Source of the DNA: Pseudomonadales bacterium | GTDB lineage: Bacteria > Pseudomonadota > Gammaproteobacteria > Pseudomonadales > Azotimanducaceae | Length of the DNA stretch: 64,000 nucleotides | Reading direction: 5' to 3' | Assembly (NCBI GenBank): GCA_046582115.1 | Contig: JAYGFA010000047.1 | Span: 207-64,206, forward strand | Translations under genes and position numbers: made by a program | In this document: in pieces, positions 57,150 through 64,000 of the stretch | How the letters are laid out: each line of letters starts with the position of its first letter | Position numbering within the stretch: position 1 is the stretch's first letter | The notes under the pieces: generated by a model | What the model saw: the letters and a program-made list of their open reading frames with translations, nothing else | Database searches by the model: none | What the model was told of the DNA's origin: nothing

Positions 57150-58340
57150 TTAGATCGCGTCTGCCGCGCGCAATTCGTCAATATGTTGAGGACTCAGATT
57201 CAACAGATCACCGTAGACGGCTTCGTTGTCCGCACCTACCCCACTCGGTAACTTGACCTCGGGTGGCTCAACATCGTTAAACCGGAGCGGCGTGCTCGGC
57301 AGCGTCACGGTTCCGTATTTCGGATGCGAAACTTTGGTTAACGCTCCGCGTTCCAAAAGGTGCGGATCATTAACAACCTCGTCCAACGATTGAACCGGTG
57401 CGCAGATGACATCGTGCGTCTGACAAATACGAAAAACGCCTTCCTTAGTCTGCGTCTGGGTCCATTCTTCGACCACTGCATCGGTAGCTTCCATGTTGGT
57501 CGAGCGAGCTACCATGTCCACAAATCTGGGATCATTTTCTAGGTCCGTGCGCTCCATTGCTTCCAGCAACCGTTTCCAGTGATTTTCGCGGATACAGATA
57601 ATGGCCACGTGTCCATCGTTGGTGGCATACACGTTGTAAGGAGCGACCGAAAGCGCTTGGTGGTGATTGCCTGTACGCGGCGGATTGCCACCTGCCAGGT
57701 AATACGCTCCAAGCGCCGAACACAACGTCGGAAACACCGCATCCTGCATCGCGACATCGAGAATCGCTCCACGACCGGTACGTTCGCGACGATATAACGC
57801 CGTGGTGATGGCGCCGTATAGATGCACTCCACCGAGGATGTCGCAAAGAGCGGGCCCAGACTTCAGCGGTGGTTCGCCCTCGTTGCCGGTGATGGCGACT
57901 ACACCAGTCATGGCTTGGACCGTTACATCCATCGCCAGATAATCGCGATGCGGTCCACCTTGCCCATAACCGGTTGCGGCCGCGTATATAAGGCCTGGAT
58001 TCAACGCCGTCAATGTTTCGCTGCCAACCTGGTTGCGTTCCATCGTTCCAGGCGCAAAATTCTCGATTAGTACGTCTGCGTGAGCCGTAAGTTCTTTCAA
58101 TAAATTGCGACCACGATCGGACTTTAGATTCAGTGTGATGGTCTCTTTGTTACCGTTCAGCATGCAAAAGGGGTAGCTCGAACTCACATCGCTTGAGCGA
58201 CCGCGCATCCCTTCGCCTCCCGGCGCTTCGATCTTGATTACGCGGGCACCCGACATCGCTAACAAATAGCCACAATAGGGTCCGTTGTATATTTGCCCCA
58301 TATCGAGAACCACAACATCCTTTAGCGGTAGGTCAGTCAC
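57150..58340 (-). CDS. CaiB/BaiF family (type III) CoA-transferase
   Basis: LKDVVVLDMGQIYNGPYCGYLLAMSGARVIKIE. GTG 58340 is preceded by AAGGAAG (the ORF is open to 58376). Confidence 0.85.
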   Translation of the reverse strand: MTDLPLKDVVVLDMGQIYNGPYCGYLLAMSGARVIKIEAPGGEGMRGRSSDVSSSYPFCMLNGNKETITLNLKSDRGRNLLKELTAHADVLIENFAPGTMERNQVGSETLTALNPGLIYAAATGYGQGGPHRDYLAMDVTVQAMTGVVAITGNEGEPPLKSGPALCDILGGVHLYGAITTALYRRERTGRGAILDVAMQDAVFPTLCSALGAYYLAGGNPPRTGNHHQALSVAPYNVYATNDGHVAIICIRENHWKRLLEAMERTDLENDPRFVDMVARSTNMEATDAVVEEWTQTQTKEGVFRICQTHDVICAPVQSLDEVVNDPHLLERGALTKVSHPKYGTVTLPSTPLRFNDVEPPEVKLPSGVGADNEAVYGDLLNLSPQHIDELRAADAI

Positions 58341-58419
58341 TTCACTCTTCCTTGCGCAATCATGAGCAGCGACCACCTTACCAAAACTCCATCTCCATCC
58401 AGCTATAATTCGAATCGCT

Positions 58420-58496
58420 GCGCCCGTAGCTCAACTGGATAGAGCACCAGGCTTCGAACCTGGGGGTTCGGGGTTCGAGTCCCTGCGGGCGCGCCA
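58420..58496 (+). tRNA. tRNA-Arg (anticodon UCG)
   Basis: Hand-folded cloverleaf: acceptor GCGCCCG/CGGGCGC, D arm GCTC-AACTGGATA-GAGC (A20), anticodon arm CCAGG-CTTCGAA-CCTGG, T arm CGGGG-TTCGAGT-CCCTG, G73, encoded CCA. TATAAT lies at 58404-58409. Confidence 0.9.
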
Positions 58497-58544
58497 TTTG
58501 TTTCTTTGAGTTGTCGCGAGGACGAAAAAGGAAACGTTTTCGCC

Positions 58545-58560
58545 CTGTATAGGTATACAG
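58545..58560. promoter_or_regulatory. LexA-type box CTGTATAGGTATACAG
   Basis: CTGT-N8-ACAG with perfect 7-nt inverted arms CTGTATA/TATACAG, 58 nt upstream of the GTG start at 58619. Confidence 0.55.
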
Positions 58561-58618
58561 CTAACGCTTGCATTAGTGGTCAAATGACTCCTGCTTCCCA
58601 ATACCAGAAGGCCTTCGT

Positions 58619-59068
58619 GTGAGTTCAACAAGAACGTTCATTGGTGTGACGGTTGCGTTGATGTTGGTATTGTCGAGCTGTGGGTTGGTTCAACAATCGA
58701 TACAGCGACCGGCAATAAGTGCTGAAGACACGAGATTGATCATCGATGCGCTGATTGAAGACCTACCGATACCGCCGAACTCGGAAATTCGTAATCGTGA
58801 ATCCGTAATTCTTGGGAGTGGTCTCGGCTGGGGCGGGCGTATAGGCATTGATGATCCGTTGAGCCCGGCAGAAACATTATTGTTTTTTCGCGAACAGATA
58901 CCCGCAAGTGGATGGACTCTGAGCAGTTCCACGGTTGGACGGTCGATCATTATGGTCTTCGAAAAACCGGACCGAATGGCGACCGTTGAGATTTTCAAAG
59001 GTACAAGATTTGGTCCTAACACAGACGTCACAATCTCTGTAGTCCCGCGACTTCTAATGGGAAATTAA
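58619..59068 (+). CDS. hypothetical lipoprotein
   Basis: Signal plus lipobox TFIGVTVALMLVLSS|C. SD AGAAGG before GTG 58619. No family recognised. Confidence 0.65.
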   Translation: MSSTRTFIGVTVALMLVLSSCGLVQQSIQRPAISAEDTRLIIDALIEDLPIPPNSEIRNRESVILGSGLGWGGRIGIDDPLSPAETLLFFREQIPASGWTLSSSTVGRSIIMVFEKPDRMATVEIFKGTRFGPNTDVTISVVPRLLMGN

Positions 59069-59072
59069 TACC

Positions 59073-59516
59073 GTGACTCCACGCAACAGATCTTTTTGGA
59101 TAAGGCGAATACACCGTATAGCGCTGTTTATTTTGTCCATTGGCATAGCCGTTGCTACCCCTGCGGAACCCGTCTCTTTAGAGTGTAGATACGTGAACGA
59201 GGACACCAGCCCTGATTGGATAGCTCTCGTGCAATTCGACTCGGAAGCCGGCGACGCTTCGTTAACGGGATACCCGGTTACCTATACCGATCAACCAAAC
59301 TTCCATCGAGTTATTGAACGATTGCCTATGGACAGAACCCCGGGAGAAGTTGTCGTGCGGCGAGCCGACTCCGAAAAGACTTACCGGATCGATCGCCGAA
59401 CGCTGGAAAGCCGGACCGTGAGAAAACGCATCTCGGAAGTTGGCACGATCGAAACACTGACTCAATTTGGGAAATGCGAGATATTAAACAATGAAGTAGG
59501 CGATCGCCTCTTCTGA
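59073..59516 (+). CDS. hypothetical exported protein
   Basis: Starts 4 nt after the previous gene. N-terminal signal/anchor RRIHRIALFILSIGIAVATPAEP. No family recognised. Confidence 0.55.
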   Translation: MTPRNRSFWIRRIHRIALFILSIGIAVATPAEPVSLECRYVNEDTSPDWIALVQFDSEAGDASLTGYPVTYTDQPNFHRVIERLPMDRTPGEVVVRRADSEKTYRIDRRTLESRTVRKRISEVGTIETLTQFGKCEILNNEVGDRLF

Positions 59517-59679
59517 TCGCGCATCCGAGTCGGTTCTGCGACTCAATACATCCACGGTGGAAGTAACGAAGACTGCCCGTTTATTTATGCGCGTTCGTGT
59601 CTGTATCGATCTCTTATACTGATACGGATGGCCGCTAGGTATAGAAACCTACGAACAACCAAGTTTATGGCGAAGCGAC

Positions 59680-61119
59680 TCAATCCGATTCTAGGAGCGC
59701 CTGCGCCTCTATTGCCACGCGCGTTCCCTCGAAAAATCTGGGATTGGTTTCGCCCCAAAATCGTACGGGGTTTTCGAATACGAAGTGGGAGAAATCACTG
59801 TCGGTGATCTTTTCGTCTTCAACCAGTTCGTATGCTTCCGGAAGAACACCGGCCATATCCTGTACATCAAAGTGGCCGACGTCGGACCCAAACAACGTCT
59901 TTATTTCGGCATCGAATGGATTGTTCTTGGTGTTGAACGCCCAAGCATTGGTCGCATCATCGGCTTCGCAGCCAAAATAAAACCGGTCCACAAACAAAGA
60001 CTTAATGTCCGCCGCTTCGGTAATTTCGCAAGCCGAATAATCATCCAATTCGGCAAGGCCCCCCGTTGTCTCAGCGCCATTCCGAGTGCTGATTCCTTTA
60101 CCTGAACGAACGGCATCAATCATTTCGGGGCCACCATAACGTTCAACCAATTCGGTCAATTCCGCGAGATCTAATTGCGCAGGGTCGGTGTACTCAAGCG
60201 CTTCGCCGTTGCGAATTTGCCAGTGGCCGATCAGGTCGGCGTACAACAAACAGGCGAAGCCGACGCCTCCCTCGAGAAACCCAAAATTCAAATCTGAAAA
60301 GCGTCGAGATACGCCCCCCAAGAACAACGCCTTGCAGGTTGCTTCCGAAGCGGCGGCAAAATGACCGATGTGGTTGTAACAAAAGTTAGTGGGTGACACG
60401 CGAAGCGCTTTGCCACGTGAACCTCGATGAAACATCGGCGAAACCCCAAGTTCTCGGCACTTTTGCCACACGGGGTCGTAATCATGTGCACTATCCAGGC
60501 CAATGACATCGAACCAGCGCGCCAAATCACTTGCGTCGGGTCGCTCGTCTACCACTCGACCCACCGGGCGTTCGATGAGGCTATTCATCGTGACCGCTTT
60601 CAGACCAAGTTCCCCAACGGCGTGCTCTAGTTCCGCGACAGCTTCTTCTGGATCGTGCATCGGGATAACAGCGACGGGAGATATCCGGTCACTGAACGGT
60701 TCGAACAACTCTGCGCAATAAATATTGAATGCACGGCAAAGCGCGCGACGCGCTTCGGTGTCATCGATACGCGGGAAGCCAAGACCCATCGTAGGGAAGA
60801 GGACCGCGTAATCGATCCCAAATTCATCAAGCCTCTCGTACATGAGTGCGGGCAGCATGGCAGTCGCGCGATCTCTCGTATTCTTAGTAGGCGCACCCCA
60901 AAATGCTTCTTGAGCGACATTTTCATGACGCCTCTCTTCAGGCGTCATACTCAGCGAACGGCGGACCCGTTCACCATTGAGTTGTATGCCACGCCGCGCG
61001 GCAACGCCACCTATCTTCCCCAAGGCCTCAACCACCACGGGCCCGGTTTCAAGCCAGTGCCCGTCCGCATCGATGACCGGGTGCGAAAGCCGCCCTCGCA
61101 AAATCGCTGCTTCTGACAT
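59680..61119 (-). CDS. amidohydrolase-2 (ACMSD-like) family protein
   Basis: VIDADGHWLE metal-binding start and TIM-barrel-like length (479 aa). Confidence 0.7.
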   Translation of the reverse strand: MSEAAILRGRLSHPVIDADGHWLETGPVVVEALGKIGGVAARRGIQLNGERVRRSLSMTPEERRHENVAQEAFWGAPTKNTRDRATAMLPALMYERLDEFGIDYAVLFPTMGLGFPRIDDTEARRALCRAFNIYCAELFEPFSDRISPVAVIPMHDPEEAVAELEHAVGELGLKAVTMNSLIERPVGRVVDERPDASDLARWFDVIGLDSAHDYDPVWQKCRELGVSPMFHRGSRGKALRVSPTNFCYNHIGHFAAASEATCKALFLGGVSRRFSDLNFGFLEGGVGFACLLYADLIGHWQIRNGEALEYTDPAQLDLAELTELVERYGGPEMIDAVRSGKGISTRNGAETTGGLAELDDYSACEITEAADIKSLFVDRFYFGCEADDATNAWAFNTKNNPFDAEIKTLFGSDVGHFDVQDMAGVLPEAYELVEDEKITDSDFSHFVFENPVRFWGETNPRFFEGTRVAIEAQALLESD

Positions 61120-61137
61120 AGTTCCTCCCTATTCTTT

Positions 61138-62853
61138 CTAGCTCGCCCGCCCTCTAAATAGTCGTCCCGAGGCTGAACCGGTGTGCTCGTTGTCCGTTAG
61201 AAAGACTTCTCCATTCACGATGCTGTGTCTAATCCCATCAGCCACCTGTTTTAAACGCTTCGCGCCTGATGGCAGATCGTTAACCACTTCCGGCATGCGT
61301 GGCGCCACGGTCTCGGGATCAAATACCACGAGGTCAGCGTTGAGGCCTTCGCGAATCAAACCGCGGTCATGCATTCCCCAATACGTTGCCGGCACACAAG
61401 TCAGTTCTCGAACAGCTTCCTCAAGGGTCATGGCTTCCTTTTCGCGGACCCAGTGCGATAGCAAGTGAGTTTGCAGCGAGCTGTCCATGATTTGCGACAC
61501 ATGGGCACCCGAATCGGAGAACGTCACCACCGAGCGGGGGTGTTTCATCATCTCCAACACATCTTCTTGGTTTTCGTTAGCCGCTGGCTGACAAAAAAAC
61601 TGATTAAAATCGGTCTCCAAAGACAAGTCGATCATCAGTGCAACGGGATTCACGCCGCGTTCGCGAGCGACATCTTTCAACAAGCGTTGTTCCCCAACCA
61701 TCGAATCCATGACGTAAAGATGGTCGTAATCCGGCGGTCGTGCCTCGACACCGACGATCCGGTTTTTCGGCGCTTCGCCATTCGCGATCTCGACTAACTT
61801 CTTGCAAAGACCCGGATCTCGCAATTGACGCTTTTGCTCGTCTAACGACGAAGCTCGGATGTCCGACCACAAATCCCAGCGATCAAAAGGCATCTGGGTC
61901 TTAAAGGAAAGCATAGTATTAAGTGCCCGCGAATGGACCTGCACAAACATCCGGCCACCCGCGATCGCGGTCTCCTCCAACAGCTCAAAATAGGGTCGCC
62001 AATGGTCGGGCGCGAACCGTGAACTAAACATACCCCACGTCTGTACGACGCCACTGTCGACGGCTAAATCACGAAGCCGGACATGGTATTCGCGCAGTCG
62101 ATCTGGATCCCGACCCACCTGCTCACCCGCAATTTCGAACAACCCTCGTCCAGTTCTTCCTACCGCCGACACGATGGCCCGGACCTCCTCCCAATCCGCA
62201 ACGCGGCTCGCGACCGGAAGATCGTCGGCAGTCAAATGGTTAGGCGTTCGCGACGTCGAGAAGCCGATCGCACCCGCACGAACGCCCTCCTCAGCAATAT
62301 CGCACATGCGACCAAGTTCGTCCGCCGATGCCCGTTCAGTAAACGCACGTTCACCCATGACGTACGTCCGTATCGCCGAATGTCCAATGTAGCCGGCGTA
62401 ATTAATGCCCTTTGGCAGCGCGTCAACGGTGTCGAGGAACTCGGGGAACGTCTCCCATGACCAGTCAATTCCAGCCTGCATTGCGCCCCGAGAAATGTCC
62501 TCGGCACGTTCAAGGTTTTTGAACACAAAGCCCGCGTCAGGTTCTGCACAAGGGGCAATCGTAAACCCGCAATTTCCCATGACCACGCTGGTGACACCGT
62601 GATAACAAGAACAAGAACCAAGTGGATCCCAGAATACTTGAGCATCCATGTGGGTGTGGCCGTCGATGAAGCCTGGCGCAACAACCTGATCTTCAGCATC
62701 GACGGTTCGATAGGCTGTGTCGCCAAGCCGCCCAATGGCTGTGATTTTGCCGTCGTTCACGCCGATATCCGCACGAAATCGTGGAGCGCCCGTACCATCA
62801 ACAACGGTGCCGTTCTTTACGACCAAATCAAATGCCACGCCTACACCTCCCAA
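61138..62853 (-). CDS. N-acyl-D-amino-acid deacylase (D-aminoacylase) family amidohydrolase
   Basis: DLVVKNGTVVDGTG...VVAPGFIDGHTHMD N-terminus and a 571-aa length typical of the family. Confidence 0.8.
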   Translation of the reverse strand: MGGVGVAFDLVVKNGTVVDGTGAPRFRADIGVNDGKITAIGRLGDTAYRTVDAEDQVVAPGFIDGHTHMDAQVFWDPLGSCSCYHGVTSVVMGNCGFTIAPCAEPDAGFVFKNLERAEDISRGAMQAGIDWSWETFPEFLDTVDALPKGINYAGYIGHSAIRTYVMGERAFTERASADELGRMCDIAEEGVRAGAIGFSTSRTPNHLTADDLPVASRVADWEEVRAIVSAVGRTGRGLFEIAGEQVGRDPDRLREYHVRLRDLAVDSGVVQTWGMFSSRFAPDHWRPYFELLEETAIAGGRMFVQVHSRALNTMLSFKTQMPFDRWDLWSDIRASSLDEQKRQLRDPGLCKKLVEIANGEAPKNRIVGVEARPPDYDHLYVMDSMVGEQRLLKDVARERGVNPVALMIDLSLETDFNQFFCQPAANENQEDVLEMMKHPRSVVTFSDSGAHVSQIMDSSLQTHLLSHWVREKEAMTLEEAVRELTCVPATYWGMHDRGLIREGLNADLVVFDPETVAPRMPEVVNDLPSGAKRLKQVADGIRHSIVNGEVFLTDNEHTGSASGRLFRGRAS

Positions 62854-62914
62854 CGATCAGTCTAGCAGAACGAATATGATAGATTGGCGGACTGAACCCT
62901 GGAGGAGCGGTTAC

Positions 62915-64000
62915 GTGAGGGGGCTCGCGCTTCTAAACGCACTGTGTCTTATTGCTGGATCCGGATTGGCTTCCGAGATCGAGTACCGGCATGGCTACGC
63001 GTTTTTATCGACGCCCAAATACCCAGCGAATTTCAAACATTTCGATTACGTCAACCCCGACGCCCCTAAAGGCGGTCGAATGCGAATTCCAGCGATGGGT
63101 AGCTGGGACAATTTCAACCCGCTGTCTGTCCCGGGCGGTCAAATGGTTGCGGGTCTCAGCGTCGAAGCGCCGCACTGGAATTTGTTACACGATGCGTTGA
63201 TATCTCAAGCTGCGGACGAACCCTCAACGATTTATGGTCGCCTCGCCGAGGGCATTGCGGTCGCGGACGACGGGTCTTGGATTGCCTTCAAGCTTCGCAA
63301 GAACGCGCGCTGGCACGACGGCAAACCCGTGACCATCGATGATGTCTACTTTTCCTACACCATCTTCACCACCGTTGCGTCGCCGACCGTGGCAACACCG
63401 CTCGAGCCCATCGAATCGTTTGAAGTTATTGGACCCTGGGAAATTCGGTTCAACATCCGCGAAACCGATCGAGGCGATCCCCTTTTGCCGCTGCGGATCG
63501 GTTCAAAACCGATACTGGCGAAACACTACTGGGAGTCGCGGGATGTCACCAAAACAACCGTCGAACCCCCTATAGGTTCCGGCCCCTATCGGATCAAAGA
63601 CTTCAGGATCGGTCGTTCCATCCGGTGGGAACGGGTCGACGACTATTGGGGCGAGGACCTGCCGGTCATGCGAGGCCGTTTCAATTTTGATGAATTGAAG
63701 TGGGACTACTTTCGTGACGATCAGGTTCAAACTGAAGCGCTCAAGGGCGACATCATTGACGTACACGAAGAAAATCTCCCGAGACTCTGGGAGACCGCGT
63801 ATAAATTCCCGCCCTCTGACGCAGGCGCGTTCCGTAAAACGTGGCTGCCGGTGGAGAAACCGTGGGGACTCTGGTGGCCCATATTCTGGAATCTGGATCA
63901 GCCCCGATTTCAAGATATTCGGGTCCGCGAAGCACTTTGGCTCGTTTCCGATTTCCCCTACCTCAACTGGGTCAACTACGACTTTTATCAGACTGCCGAG
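62915..64000 (+). CDS. ABC transporter substrate-binding protein, family 5 (YejA/OppA-like); C-terminus beyond the window end
   Basis: Absent from the ORF track (no stop in the window). GTG 62915 follows GGAGGAG. My translation: signal peptide RGLALLNALCLIAGSGLAS, then FKHFDYVNPDAPKGG...ARWHDGKPVTIDDV...GSGPYRIKDF. Open to position 64000. Confidence 0.8.
   Translation, partial: MRGLALLNALCLIAGSGLASEIEYRHGYAFLSTPKYPANFKHFDYVNPDAPKGGRMRIPAMGSWDNFNPLSVPGGQMVAGLSVEAPHWNLLHDALISQAADEPSTIYGRLAEGIAVADDGSWIAFKLRKNARWHDGKPVTIDDVYFSYTIFTTVASPTVATPLEPIESFEVIGPWEIRFNIRETDRGDPLLPLRIGSKPILAKHYWESRDVTKTTVEPPIGSGPYRIKDFRIGRSIRWERVDDYWGEDLPVMRGRFNFDELKWDYFRDDQVQTEALKGDIIDVHEENLPRLWETAYKFPPSDAGAFRKTWLPVEKPWGLWWPIFWNLDQPRFQDIRVREALWLVSDFPYLNWVNYDFYQTAE

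Noticed and set aside
58497-59679. tRNA-Arg-adjacent genomic islet or integrated element
   Set aside because: There is no integrase, and I found no direct repeat of the tRNA 3' end downstream. Only two small ORFs are present. The slightly AT-richer look was not quantified.
62232-62735. Numerous 60-190-aa antisense or alternative-frame ORFs inside long genes, for example 62232..62735, 4405..4767, 9507..9896, 17125..17490, 38302..38826, 47299..47862, 20734..21093
   Set aside because: These are typical shadow ORFs of GC-rich coding DNA. They are fully nested in genes with clear family motifs and are Arg/Ser/Pro/Cys-rich with no recognisable motifs.
1-64000. CRISPR arrays, IS elements or transposases, prophage, toxin-antitoxin or known defence systems, rRNA
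   Set aside because: Reading the intergenic regions showed no regularly spaced direct repeats. No ORF carries transposase, integrase, Cas or phage structural motifs, and there is no rRNA-like sequence.

Overview
The window looks like ordinary chromosomal DNA from a roughly 55% GC gammaproteobacterium. That guess rests on the CTGT-N8-ACAG LexA boxes and on gene content typical of marine oligotrophs. Coding density is high on both strands. I call about 60 protein genes, one tRNA-Arg(UCG), one cobalamin riboswitch in front of a btuB-like TonB-dependent receptor, two LexA-type operators and four decayed or frameshifted loci.

I saw no rRNA, CRISPR array, transposase, integrase or prophage genes.

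Gene content:
- Housekeeping genes: lipA, cysS, ribBA(X), a pdxA-family gene, an M17 aminopeptidase, oligopeptidase B and a Prx5 peroxiredoxin.
- A large set of acyl-CoA and redox catabolic enzymes: 2 acyl-CoA dehydrogenases, 3 enoyl-CoA hydratases, 2 CoA-transferases, MaoC, a thioesterase, SDRs, AKRs, LLM and amidohydrolases.
- A DhaA-type haloalkane dehalogenase.

Most interesting observations:
1. A letter-perfect LexA operator abuts the ATG of an unannotated 79-aa double-CxxC ORF. A second LexA-type box lies in front of a lipoprotein plus secreted-protein pair next to the tRNA.
2. A compact pterin operon is made of fused genes: unknown 347-aa protein, then degenerate HPPK+FolB, then FolK+FolP. 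An M20 homolog next to it appears to lack the catalytic Glu.
3. An orphan lpxA sits in an operon with a hydrolase, a PhyH dioxygenase and a 670-aa Gfo/Idh/MocA-AKR fusion.
4. Two -1 frameshifts are present, one on a U_UUU_UUG heptamer, along with a deletion scar that joins FAH and CoxL fragments.

All family calls come from motif recognition by eye. No searches were run.
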